Source of the DNA: an uncultured Acidobacteriota bacterium
Lineage (GTDB): Bacteria > Acidobacteriota > Terriglobia > Terriglobales > Acidobacteriaceae
Length of the DNA: 64,000 nucleotides
NCBI GenBank assembly: GCA_963735695.1
Contig: CAVTLV010000001.1
Coordinates: forward strand, 855,458 to 919,457
Reading direction: 5' to 3'
Below, in pieces: positions 24,253 through 33,322 of the stretch. Below the pieces are notes generated by a model. It had not been told where the DNA came from. It made no database searches and was given only the letters and a program-made list of their open reading frames with translations. How positions within the stretch are numbered: position 1 is the first letter of the stretch; each line of letters opens with the position of its first letter. Both the position numbers and the translations under genes were made by a program.

Positions 24253-24516
24253 ATGACCAGATATTCCAGTAACTCCCATTCCTCTGGAAGTTCCAGCGCC
24301 TCCGGGCACTCTTTGTATCAAGCTGCCTTATTTGAGACTTATCGGGAGTTAATTCCTGCCAGACTTGCCGAGGCGGAAGAGGCAACCCTCGATCGCGTAA
24401 AGGAGTTCTTCGGAGTTGATTCCGACCACATCGAAGAAGACCAAACTCCGGACGACGCACTGTATGCTCTACGGGCGCTGCGGAACTGCGCCGTTTCGGA
24501 AGCAAACGCTGCATAG
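24253..24516 (+). CDS. hypothetical small protein (87 aa)
   Basis: The ORF has a GAGGA Shine-Dalgarno 6 nt upstream of the ATG, a Ser-rich N-terminus and an acidic helical remainder. Confidence 0.45.
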   Translation: MTRYSSNSHSSGSSSASGHSLYQAALFETYRELIPARLAEAEEATLDRVKEFFGVDSDHIEEDQTPDDALYALRALRNCAVSEANAA

Positions 24517-24667
24517 TAGTTGCCTTCTAGTGCCGAGCCCGGGTTCGCCAGTTCTAGCCGGCATTTCCTAAGTGAATGCAGTGCTTCTAGTTGGGGCAAC
24601 GCTGTATTGTTAGCGTTCGTCGGTCGTCTTAGAGTGCAAGAAACAAAGAAAGTCGAGCTTCCCTCTA

Positions 24668-24928
24668 ATGGCAAGCAAACCGACAACGGACGTTCCATCC
24701 GCGCAACTTCCCTCCATGAGCATGAATCTGAAGCGCACGTTTGAGAATGCAGTCCGTGACATCTATCAGGCCGGAATAACCGGAAGGACGTCGAACTATC
24801 GCAGGCCCATCGTGCAGCGATCGCACATGCCTTCAGAATCTTCGGCTAATGCACAAAAGAGAGCGCTCTCTGACGCGGCCAAGGCTCTGGCACAACTGTG
24901 GAAAGTTGCGCCGAACTCCGGTCGCTGA
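24668..24928 (+). CDS. hypothetical small protein (86 aa)
   Basis: ORF with plausible composition but a weak RBS. Confidence 0.3.
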   Translation: MASKPTTDVPSAQLPSMSMNLKRTFENAVRDIYQAGITGRTSNYRRPIVQRSHMPSESSANAQKRALSDAAKALAQLWKVAPNSGR

Positions 24929-24948
24929 TGTTCCAGGGAGCGGGCCTT

Positions 24949-25113
24949 TCAAAAGATTGCAAGAATCACCACGGATGGGTGAAGGGGTGGTTCTTTCGCA
25001 GGCGCAGTTTTCTTGCGCGACGAGATGATGGCGGTGACAAGAATAATCATCAAGAACAGCGCGACGGCTGCTGCTGCAGTTCGTTTCCCGGCATTTGGAT
25101 TCCCAACGATCAT
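24949..25113 (-). CDS. possible 54-aa single-pass membrane peptide
   Basis: Hand translation gives MIVGNPNAGKRTAAAAVALFLMIILVTAIISSRKKTAPAKEPPLHPSVVILAIF. There is one clear TM followed by a positively charged stretch. It is below the ORF-track cutoff, and the SD-like GGTG is too close to the ATG. Confidence 0.3.
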   Translation of the reverse strand: MIVGNPNAGKRTAAAAVALFLMIILVTAIISSRKKTAPAKEPPLHPSVVILAIF

Positions 25114-25526
25114 TGCACCTAAGCCCTGGAGAAACTTGACGAGTGTTGATTTCTAAATCGATTCTTATGCTCCTATGAGTATTGGTTGAGGCTGGCGTTC
25201 GGGCAATCGGCCCTTCCCTGTAGTTGTCAGGAATTGGGAGCTATATCAGATTTGTCCTGGATCTTCCGGATCTGGCTCTCTGATGGGGAGGTCCGGGTTT
25301 TCCGGTGGATCGACAGGATCCTGAATTGGCGAGGGATATGGCTCTGGTGGGGTCCCCAACTGGTACTGGAATCTAGGATCTTTGGGATGCATGCCAGTCT
25401 GATGCTGGCAAAGCGGCAACGGCAGCCACAGATTTCGGATGTTAGAGATCGAACTGCATTGACGGACGCCCATGTCGGCCACTTGCCTTTATGCGAAGGT
25501 GGGCCGCAATGGCCCGCCCGTAAATC

Positions 25527-26002
25527 CTAGCCTGAAGGATGTTGTCGGGCACGGAGGGTCCCACAGATAAGGTCTGTGTTGAATCGGAAGATTAAGGGAT
25601 GAGTCCGATGCTGCTCAAATTCGATCGCGTTGCTCTTCATCCCCAGTTTGCCTCTGCCTTTTACCAGCTTGCCCATGAAGTTTTTGGTTCTCGCTTGGTC
25701 GTCCAATTTGTTGCTCAATTTTGTCACTGGATCCTTCAACAAGAGACTACCTTTTTCGTGTTCAATGCGTCCGGTAAATGCAAGTTCATCCTGAGTCTGA
25801 TCCGACGGAGAAGACGGCGCTCGCGAGTCTGGTGTCTGTGTCTCTCTGAGGGAGACAAAGATTGCTGCGCTCTTTTCTGCGGGCTTAGGTTCGTCGGTGT
25901 CGCATCTTCGTCCGCCTGTTGACCGTGTGCCGACGGGGATAGAGCGACTGCCGCCAAGGTCAAAGCGGCGGCCACCAGCAGACGAAAAAGGATATCTTTC
26001 AT
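25527..26002 (-). pseudogene. DUF5818-like small secreted protein interrupted by a frameshift
   Basis: ATG 26002 has GAGGTG 7 nt upstream and opens a clean signal peptide, MKDILFRLLVAAALTLAAVALSPSAHG, in the frame that stops at 25736. The DUF5818-like body (FTGRIEHEKGSLLLKDPVTKLSNKLDDQARTKNFMGKLVKGRGKL) is in a different frame that ends at 25527. Confidence 0.5.
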
Positions 26003-26060
26003 TTCGTCGCACCTCGATTCACGTTCAATGCATCCATCTGAATAGAGTGGACAGTTGCGC

Positions 26061-26456
26061 TCAACTCTCGGAAGTTATGGAAGCAACTTTGATCGTGTTT
26101 CCAGTGCGCGTACCGAGGACGCGAGCGCGCTGGCCCGCCAGCTTTTTAAATGAACCCAGATCGCCTTCGAGGAGGTAGATCGATTCGTTATCAACGAGCG
26201 CGAAAGCTGCGCCTCCATGAACACAGACTCGGACGCAATTACTTGCTGAGCGGTCGAGAGCGGGCTGATGTCTTGCGCCACAGTGAGAACAAGTAATCAT
26301 GCCTTCGAAGGATCGAGCATCTTCCGGCGGGCTGACGCGCGCCATTTGACCGACGGTAACCCCTGCCGCCGCTCCCAGGCTGGCTAAAAGCAGGGCCAAG
26401 GCGAGGGCAACGCCAGCTCCGAGCAAAATGATTTCGCACACGTGTTTGGTCTTCAT
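26061..26456 (-). CDS. membrane-anchored Cys-rich DUF5818-like protein
   Basis: ATG 26456 has AGGAG 7 nt upstream. The TM segment is CEIILLGAGVALALALLLASLGAAAG. A Cys/His cluster is present (CSHCGARH...CVRVCVHGG). The C-terminus AFALVDNESIYLLEGDLGSFKKLAGQRARVLGTRTGNTIKV parallels the two neighbouring paralogues. Confidence 0.6.
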   Translation of the reverse strand: MKTKHVCEIILLGAGVALALALLLASLGAAAGVTVGQMARVSPPEDARSFEGMITCSHCGARHQPALDRSASNCVRVCVHGGAAFALVDNESIYLLEGDLGSFKKLAGQRARVLGTRTGNTIKVASITSES

Positions 26457-26697
26457 GCAGGATCTCCTGACACCGGCAGTCATGGATGCTCGGGTTGAGG
26501 GAAGAGTTGACAGATATGGACGAGCACATGGCTTGCCATTCCCCAAGAGAGCGGGCTCTCAGCTTTCCTTTTCAGATGGAAGTACAAACCAGGAGTACCC
26601 ACGCAACGCCCTTGTGTTGTTGAGAAGGAAGCAAGGTAGAAATTGCCTACAGGGTGCACTCTTTCCGATAAAAAGGGCTTCCCAATGCCCCTGTAAG

Positions 26698-27219
26698 TTA
26701 GGCTGCGGCCGCGGCGGCTTGGGTCGCGTCGAGACTTGCTGCTTCCTGGGCGCCGGCGCCACGGAGAAGATCAATCGCGCTCGTCGCCTTTGCCTTCTCC
26801 GCGCAAGAAACATACACCAATGCGCCTACATCGGAGAGCTGGTGTCCAAGTCTTTTCGCATCATCTGGAGAGAATCCTAGATCTACCAGCGTTCGATAAC
26901 CGCGTGAAAGTGAAGATGAATTCTTGTCTGTGAACAGCGCATTCAAGAACGCTTGAGATCGTATGAATACACCAACGGTTGGAATCACAACGGCCCCGAA
27001 CTTTGAGAACCAGCGAATCATGCGCGTAGTCGTTGCATCCTCGACTCCTGCAACACAGTTCGTCGAATCATCGAAAATTCCCGCATCGGGATGAGCGGGT
27101 GAAAGAACCATGCAGATGTTTTCATTGTGGTAACCGGCCCGGTTTAGTGCGGAAACAACCTTGGGCAAGGCTACATTGCGCGAGTACATTCCATATGCTG
27201 CGGTTCCGCTGCTGATCAT
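26698..27219 (-). CDS. hypothetical protein, possibly a YflT/general-stress-17M-like domain
   Basis: ATG 27219 has GGAG 8 nt upstream. AAYGMYSRNVALPKVVSALNRAGYHNENICMV and the C-terminal DAKRLGHQLSDVGALVYVSC resemble that family. The assignment is weak. Confidence 0.45.
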   Translation of the reverse strand: MISSGTAAYGMYSRNVALPKVVSALNRAGYHNENICMVLSPAHPDAGIFDDSTNCVAGVEDATTTRMIRWFSKFGAVVIPTVGVFIRSQAFLNALFTDKNSSSLSRGYRTLVDLGFSPDDAKRLGHQLSDVGALVYVSCAEKAKATSAIDLLRGAGAQEAASLDATQAAAAAA

Positions 27220-27365
27220 GGCTGAACTCCGAAGCCGGGCTATGCGGAAGGAGGTCGCAAATCCTTCGACGGCACAGGCAAGTTTGTAAAGGATACAAAG
27301 ATTATGGACTCGAGGCACTAGGGTGAATCATGTAAGGCCGCCAAGGCGGGAGCAGGGATTTCTTG

Positions 27366-27806
27366 CTATGAGGAGGGCTCGATTTTAAGGACCCGGATGG
27401 ACTTAACGTGCGGGCGAACATTCCCCACGACTTTTACGCTCTGATTTTCATAGACGTCAAGGACTTCGTCGGCTTCAAGTTGATACGTCGTGCTGCCCTG
27501 CATTTGGAGAACAAACCGGTTCCCGTTCTTGATGATTGCACCCGCATAAGACTGGGCGGGTTCCTGCTGCCTTTGCGGGTCGGCGGGCAACTTGGCTTGT
27601 TGGTCTTGAGGTTGCTCCGGTTGCGGTACTGAAGGGTTCGGGGGTGGCAATGGCTGGGGCGTCGGTTGTGGTTTCTGCACCTGAGACCACGCAATCAACT
27701 CGCGGCTCGTATATGCATCCTCGGGAGTCTGGAGCGTCGATTGTTGAGGAAAGGCTTCTGATACAAGCACCAACAGGAATGCGATAAGCATCGTCAATCG
27801 CCCCAT
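27366..27806 (-). CDS. DUF5818-like small secreted protein
   Basis: It has a signal peptide (MLIAFLLVLVSEAFP), a Pro/Gln-rich linker and the block YAGAIIKNGNRFVLQMQGSTTYQLEADEVLDVYENQSVKVVGNV. GGAG lies upstream. Confidence 0.6.
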   Translation of the reverse strand: MGRLTMLIAFLLVLVSEAFPQQSTLQTPEDAYTSRELIAWSQVQKPQPTPQPLPPPNPSVPQPEQPQDQQAKLPADPQRQQEPAQSYAGAIIKNGNRFVLQMQGSTTYQLEADEVLDVYENQSVKVVGNVRPHVKSIRVLKIEPSS

Positions 27807-27973
27807 GATTACATCTCCGAAAGACGAAGCTATGGCCCGGATATGGCGACCCTTTCGTGCTCTGAGTTAGCGCGTGACCCAGACATGCGTGGTCAAAGGT
27901 CGTTTTACGCGTCGCCCCGCAAACGGTCCATAGAGTGTTCGCGGTATCGCGAGGCCACCTGTTCTGTCTGAGC

Positions 27974-28639
27974 TCAATAAACGTGAACAATACCGTTCCG
28001 CACGGCATAGCGAGTGAGATCCGCAACGGAATGTAGACCTAGCTTACGCATGAGGTTTGTGCGATGTGTCTCCGCGGTCTTGACACTCAGGTTCAGAGTC
28101 ACGGCTACTTCTTTGCTCGTGCGCCCTTCGGCCAATAATTGGATCACCTCGCGTTCGCGCGCCGTGAGGAGGTCGCCGGAAGAATTAGCGACATCTTCGA
28201 TCTCGGAACGTTCCCTTTCGCGGTTCAGAAACCCGTCCAACACCATCTGGCTGACCCGCGGCGTGAAAAATGTCTTCTGGCTCTCAAGAGCCTCTACCGC
28301 GGCGACCAGATCGCGACCAGCATCGGATTTAAGAAGGAATCCACGGGCGCCAGCACGCAACACTTCTCGGATGACGTTGTCCGAATCGTGCATGGTTAAA
28401 ATCAGGACCGCTACATTCGGACTGGTTGCCAGAATTTGCCGAGCCGCTTCCAACCCATTCAGATTCGGCATCCCGATATCAAGCAAAACCAAGTCAGGCT
28501 TCGTGCTTGTCGCCAGTTCAACTGCGTCACGTCCATCCTTAGCTTCGGCGCACACCTCCCATCCCGGGTGATTCTCGAGAAGAGAGCGAATGCCGCGCCG
28601 GGCAACCTCGTGATCATCTGCGATAAGGATGCGGAGCAT
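27974..28639 (-). CDS. NarL/LuxR-family response regulator (REC + HTH)
   Basis: The receiver reads MLRILIADDHEVARRGIRSLLE...DLVLLDIGMPNLNGLEA. The C-terminal LuxR HTH reads LTAREREVIQLLAEGRTSKEVAVTLNLSVKTAETHRTNLMRKLG. A strong GGAGGTG RBS precedes ATG 28639. Confidence 0.9.
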   Translation of the reverse strand: MLRILIADDHEVARRGIRSLLENHPGWEVCAEAKDGRDAVELATSTKPDLVLLDIGMPNLNGLEAARQILATSPNVAVLILTMHDSDNVIREVLRAGARGFLLKSDAGRDLVAAVEALESQKTFFTPRVSQMVLDGFLNRERERSEIEDVANSSGDLLTAREREVIQLLAEGRTSKEVAVTLNLSVKTAETHRTNLMRKLGLHSVADLTRYAVRNGIVHVY

Positions 28640-29007
28640 TTTTGCACCTCCGAGATACCGAACGGAGTCCACACCGGGTCCGTGCTGTAAGTTATTCGGA
28701 ATCAGTCATTCAGACGCCTGGAAGCACTTACTCTCTTGCTCAGTAGCACATCTGCTGCCAAACGCCTATCCTCTTGCTACCGAATAACAACACCGACTCC
28801 GCGTCTTTGACTCTGTGTAACTTTTGCCAAATGACGTTTGATTGCGAGGGACGCGCATTCCCCGATCATGCCTGTGATGTTGCACATACAGCGAACACTC
28901 TAGGTCTTCACAGCGGCCCCGATTATCCCAAGCAAATCCCTGCTCACAAATGCGTTAACCGAGCGCGCCAGTCTTGCATCTGAAAACATTCACGGGAGGT
29001 CACGCGC

Positions 29008-30075
29008 ATGTGTGCAAATTTCACATCTCATTTCCACTCATTTCTACGGCGCAGTTTTCCCCTCGCTACGCTCGCGGTTATTTCCTGTGGCTGGGCAGCC
29101 TCTCAGGACGATCCGATGGCTCTACCGCCCCGAACCTCGCAGCCACCCGCTTCTGCACAGCAGGAGTCCAACCTCCCGCAACCCGCCGACCAGCAATCAG
29201 GCGAGCGTTCGATTTCCCCGATCCAGAGCTCCGAAGATCAAGGCAGATTCGTTTTCAGGAAGCAGGTACAGGAGGTCGTGCTGCACGCAACCGTTGTCGA
29301 TGAATATGGAAGGCTGGTCACGTCGCTGGATCGCACAGCTTTTTCGATCTCTCAAAATGGACAACCGGAAACAATTACGTCTTTCCGCAGAGAGGATGTG
29401 CCGGTTGCAATCGGAATTGTGATCGATAACTCTGGGTCGATGCGCGACAAGCGAGCAAAGGTGAATCAAGCGGTATTAAACCTGGTCCGCGCGAGCAATC
29501 CCGACGATCAGGTGTTCGTGGTGAACTTCAGTCAAACACCTTATCTGGACCAAGACTTCACCTCCGACGTGAATCTGCTCCAGACCGCATTGCACCAGGT
29601 TTCAAGTCGCGGAAGCACGGCTCTCTACGATGCTGTTGTGGCATCAGACTCCCATCTACGAAACAATCCGCGGCTGGATAACAAGGTGTTGCTCGTGATC
29701 ACGGACGGACAGGACAACATGAGCCGGGACACCTTGCAGGATGCTTTGCAGAGACTGCAGTCGAATAAAGGGGCGACTTTGTATGCGATCGGTTTGACGA
29801 ATCCAGGAATGACGCGCTCCGGCCGGGAAGCATTACGGAGCCTTGCAGCCAGCACCGGCGGTACTGCATTTTTCCCGCAGAGTCTGGACGAAGTGGATTC
29901 GATCACTCGATCGATCGCGCACGATATTCGAAGCCAATACACGCTGGCGTACAACCCGGGAGGCAACATCGGGACGGGATACCAGAGGATTCGGGTAGAA
30001 GCGAGAGGCACACCCCACAACCGCCTCACCGTTCGTACCAGGACCGGGTACTACCCCGGAGAAGCCGTAAAGTGA
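29008..30075 (+). CDS. VWA-domain protein of the VWFA-related Acidobacterial type
   Basis: FVFRKQVQEVVLHATVVDEYGRLVTSLDRTAFSISQNGQPETITSF is followed by the MIDAS-like block VAIGIVIDNSGSM. A signal-like N-terminus and a GGGAGG RBS are present. Confidence 0.8.
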   Translation: MCANFTSHFHSFLRRSFPLATLAVISCGWAASQDDPMALPPRTSQPPASAQQESNLPQPADQQSGERSISPIQSSEDQGRFVFRKQVQEVVLHATVVDEYGRLVTSLDRTAFSISQNGQPETITSFRREDVPVAIGIVIDNSGSMRDKRAKVNQAVLNLVRASNPDDQVFVVNFSQTPYLDQDFTSDVNLLQTALHQVSSRGSTALYDAVVASDSHLRNNPRLDNKVLLVITDGQDNMSRDTLQDALQRLQSNKGATLYAIGLTNPGMTRSGREALRSLAASTGGTAFFPQSLDEVDSITRSIAHDIRSQYTLAYNPGGNIGTGYQRIRVEARGTPHNRLTVRTRTGYYPGEAVK

Positions 30076-30078
30076 GTA

Positions 30079-30101
30079 GCGGCTTGGCTGGATCAAGCCG
30101 C
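30079..30101. terminator. hairpin spanning the stops of two convergent genes
   Basis: 8-bp stem GCGGCTTG / CAAGCCGC with a 7-nt loop, lying between and over the stops at 30075 (+) and 30093 (-). There is no clear U-tract. Confidence 0.35.
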
Positions 30102-30794
30102 CGTCGGTCCAGTTGGTGACTTCGGGGGCGGCGGCAGTTCAATCTGTATCAGGTTGTTCTTGATCGCATAGACGACCAAGTCCCGAATCGAGTGGAAACT
30201 TAACTTCCGCATGATATTGCTGCGATGAGTTTCCACAGTCTTGGTGCTTAGATTCAGGAGTGACGCGACCTCCTTGGAGCTGTTCCCTTCGGCAAGCAGT
30301 TGAGTAATCTCTCGTTCGCGGGCCGTTAAGGTCGGCAGCTTCGGGGCTTCGTTTCTCGAGACCTTCTGGCCCTTTTCCAGGAAGCCGGCCAGTACGAGGT
30401 CATTTACGCGCGGAGTGAAGAACATACGTTTGTTCTGTAGCGCCTCGACGGCTGAGACCAGATCCCGCGCGGCGTCCGATTTTAGGACAAAACCACGAGC
30501 ACCCGCATCTAAGGCTTCGCGGATCACTTGATCCGAGTCGGTGATGGTAAGCACGATGACCTTGAAGTGCGGATCATGCTGCAGAAGCTGCCGTGTAGTA
30601 TCCAAGCCATTCAAGTTAGGCATGCCGATGTCGACGATGACGACGTCGGGTTTTAGCTGCAGAGCCTTGTCAACGGCCTCGCGACCGTCGCTCGCCTCGC
30701 CACAGACCTCCCAGCCTTCGTGCTTTTCAAGGAGCGCGCGCAAACCTCTGCGCACAATTTCATGATCGTCTGCCAGAAGGATTCTCAGCGCCAT
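30093..30794 (-). CDS. NarL/LuxR-family response regulator (REC + HTH)
   Basis: The receiver reads MALRILLADDHEIVRRGLRALLE...DVVIVDIGMPNLNGLDT. The HTH reads LTAREREITQLLAEGNSSKEVASLLNLSTKTVETHRSNIMRKL. Confidence 0.9.
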   Translation of the reverse strand: MALRILLADDHEIVRRGLRALLEKHEGWEVCGEASDGREAVDKALQLKPDVVIVDIGMPNLNGLDTTRQLLQHDPHFKVIVLTITDSDQVIREALDAGARGFVLKSDAARDLVSAVEALQNKRMFFTPRVNDLVLAGFLEKGQKVSRNEAPKLPTLTAREREITQLLAEGNSSKEVASLLNLSTKTVETHRSNIMRKLSFHSIRDLVVYAIKNNLIQIELPPPPKSPTGPTAA

Positions 30795-30839
30795 AAATGT
30801 GCCCTTTCCCCAGAGTCCGGTCAAAACAGGCCATGAGGC

Positions 30840-31253
30840 CTAGCTCACATGCGGATAAGTTCGTTCGTTGAGAGCGGTAAACACGCGATGCTGACTTACG
30901 GCTTCTACAGCCGCCAGCAAATCCCGAGCCGCGTTCGATTTCACAACGTAACCGCGAGCACCCGCTTCCAGTGCCTCGCGCATCATCTGGGGCGAGTCAT
31001 GCTGCGTCACGAAGAGAATCTCCAGGTCAGGAAACTGCCTTCGTAACAAGCGACACGCCTCCAAGCCATTCATCCGCGGCATAGTGACGTCCAGCACCAT
31101 CACATCGGGATTCAATTCCCTGGCTTTTTCCAGGGCCTCGGCTCCATCAGACGCTTCCCCAATCACTTCCCACCCCGAATGCCCTTCGAGAAGGGTTTTC
31201 AGCCCCTGTCTCACAATCGGATGATCGTCGACGACAAGAATGCGAATTGTCAT
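30840..31253 (-). CDS. stand-alone NarL-type receiver domain protein (no HTH)
   Basis: The sequence reads MTIRILVVDDHPIVRQGLKTLLE...DVMVLDVTMPRMNGLEA...GARGYVVKS and ends after the receiver at 137 aa. GAGGAA lies upstream. Confidence 0.85.
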   Translation of the reverse strand: MTIRILVVDDHPIVRQGLKTLLEGHSGWEVIGEASDGAEALEKARELNPDVMVLDVTMPRMNGLEACRLLRRQFPDLEILFVTQHDSPQMMREALEAGARGYVVKSNAARDLLAAVEAVSQHRVFTALNERTYPHVS

Positions 31254-31479
31254 TCGATTTCAGTTCCTCGGGGGAGACCGACCAAACGATTCGCCACATT
31301 TTATCCCCTAAACGGATGTGACAGCCTGACCAATACCCGCTTAGTGTCGAAGCCACAACTCGGCAGAGGGGGAAAGCGCCCTAGACTCCAAAACGAAAGG
31401 CTAACGTTCGACTTTCCCGGGACCAATACAGGGAATCCTGTATTTCGCCGATCTTTGCCTCGAAACAGCGACCTCTCCA

Positions 31480-31878
31480 TTAGAGTCCGCTGGAAGTCAC
31501 AGGAAAGTAGGTTCGGTCATGCAGTAATGAGTCGACAGCCTCAACAACCGCGCCGATATCCTGCTTCGCGCAAGCTCCGCGCACTCCGGCTTCGCGCGCG
31601 GCGTCCGCAAGCTGCCTGGAAAGATGTAGAGTCACCATCAGAATCGGGATTTTCGGGAACATGGCCGAGATCTGCTTGGCAACGTCGACCCCATTCAGAT
31701 CGGGCATCTGATAATCGAGTACGACCAAGTCAGGAGGAGGTGATTCCAAGACCTGCTGCAACGCCTCACCTCCGGTTCGCGCTTCTCCACAAACTCGCCA
31801 ACCTTCCTGCTGCTCGAGGATCGCTCTCAGGTAGCGTCGGACCGCGGGATTATCATCAACAACCAGAATGCGGATCAA
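31480..31878 (-). CDS. stand-alone receiver domain protein (no HTH)
   Basis: The sequence reads LIRILVVDDNPAVRRYLRAILE...DLVVLDYQMPDLNGVDV. I place the start at TTG 31878 because GGGGAGG lies 7 nt upstream. The ORF-track start at 32001 adds a non-receiver-like leader. Confidence 0.75.
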   Translation of the reverse strand: MIRILVVDDNPAVRRYLRAILEQQEGWRVCGEARTGGEALQQVLESPPPDLVVLDYQMPDLNGVDVAKQISAMFPKIPILMVTLHLSRQLADAAREAGVRGACAKQDIGAVVEAVDSLLHDRTYFPVTSSGL

Positions 31879-32136
31879 CCGAAAGCCTCCCCGCTGGCAA
31901 ATGAAAAGCACGAATTCCGAGCGGGTAATGAGAATGGCCCTTTCCGGAAACACCAGAACGCAAAGTTGGAACCACGTTGATCGACCAGCAACTTCGATCA
32001 CGGCTCCCGGCTGATTATCTTTTTACTGCCTCTTCTCAGAATCGCTTCCCTCAAGCTACGGGAGGGATAGATGTCCCACAATCCAGTGAAAACAGTAGAG
32101 TTCCACAGAAATCATGGGCTTTGTTCGGCCTTGTAT

Positions 32137-33318
32137 CTACCAAATGCCTTTATCGCTGCCGGTGATCTTCAGCTCGAGTGCGGCCGCGGTGGCCAAGCCT
32201 GGCAGCAGGCTCAGACGGAACGAGTTTCGAACTTCGCCTCGCATTAGAAGTGTCTTGAGCTCACTGGCGTAAAGATTCATTGAATGCGGCAAAATGGGTA
32301 CACGCAGAAAGTCTTTGCGATAGTGAACCTTATCCACTCCGAACTTTGCGGATTCTGTCACAAGCGCTGGTAATGCGATGCCCTGGCTTCGAAACGATTC
32401 CGCGTAGCCAGAGATGACAGTGAGATAAGTGGCGATGCCCTCCCATATCCCGGCGGCGGACCCCAAAATGTGGAGATATGTAAAGTCCACGCACTCGGAT
32501 TCCAACAAGGAGGCATTGTCGATCACGTCACAGAGACGAATGTAGAAGTGCCGATACATGCGTTGCAGGGTGCTGATGATGATGCGATCTTCGGGTGCCA
32601 ACACGCGAAACGAATATTGCCCGATGTTGATCACGCGAGTACGGCGGGATAACGACTCGGTTACAGCGGTTTGCTCACCGGTCTGACCCAGGCGCCCAAT
32701 ATGTACTTCGACCAGTTCGGGTAATCCGGGCACGACGAAATTCCATTTGTTGGCCAGGCGATCGCCCCAGCTTCGCTGGTCGACCTTTGCCCCGAAGTTC
32801 GCGACCATTACATCCACCACGCGAGCCGGTTCGGCATCCGTGTACAAATCAAGATCGCTTCCAATATCCGGCCAGTGATCCAGCGACTTGATCACGGTAA
32901 CGGGGCATCCGTTCTGCTCGAGAGTGGCGCAGATACGATTGAGGAAGCCAAGGGCGTGACGGATGCGAGAATTTTCTTCGTCGATGGCGAGCGACACCCA
33001 GTCCCCGAAGTCTGGGCTTCCATTCACTTTCGGAAGCTCGCTTAATTGGGAGAAGGAGCGGATGATGACGTGGTTCTTCGCAGCGAGCTCCACGATAGCT
33101 TCAAATCTGCCTGGATTAAGATCCAGAATAGTTTCCGCGATCCGATTCGTGGGCGTCGACGGAGCGGGATCGCTAAGCACAAGTTCAGATAAAAAGTGAA
33201 AGTCGATTTCAGGTTGGTGCGACGTCTCCATCAGCGAGGGGCTCCATTCGGGGCTAAGGTGAGTTGCCGAGGACTTTTGATGCGGTTCACGGGAGCTGAG
33301 GTTGGCGCGTGCGAGCAT
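32137..33318 (-). CDS. nucleotidyltransferase family protein (PF14907-like), second copy in the window
   Basis: FEAIVELAAKNHVIIRSFSQL and the block WPDIGSDLDLYTDAEPARVVDVMVANFGA parallel the 14969-16135 protein. ATG 33318 lies 5 nt after the upstream stop and has AGGAAA upstream. Confidence 0.5.
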   Translation of the reverse strand: MLARANLSSREPHQKSSATHLSPEWSPSLMETSHQPEIDFHFLSELVLSDPAPSTPTNRIAETILDLNPGRFEAIVELAAKNHVIIRSFSQLSELPKVNGSPDFGDWVSLAIDEENSRIRHALGFLNRICATLEQNGCPVTVIKSLDHWPDIGSDLDLYTDAEPARVVDVMVANFGAKVDQRSWGDRLANKWNFVVPGLPELVEVHIGRLGQTGEQTAVTESLSRRTRVINIGQYSFRVLAPEDRIIISTLQRMYRHFYIRLCDVIDNASLLESECVDFTYLHILGSAAGIWEGIATYLTVISGYAESFRSQGIALPALVTESAKFGVDKVHYRKDFLRVPILPHSMNLYASELKTLLMRGEVRNSFRLSLLPGLATAAALELKITGSDKGIW

Positions 33319-33322
33319 CGGA

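Noticed and set aside
25246-25482. Pro/Asp/Glu-rich 78-aa minus ORF, and the overlapping + ORF 25186-25530
   Set aside because: There is no RBS before either the ORF-track start or the internal ATG 25392, no recognisable motif, and the two competing frames are equally unconvincing. I left this stretch unannotated.
28691-28788. 9-bp inverted repeat GTTATTCGG ... CCGAATAAC separated by 80 nt in the RR/VWFA intergenic region
   Set aside because: A single 9-bp match in a ~330-bp region is close to chance expectation by my rough estimate. There is no second copy elsewhere in the window.
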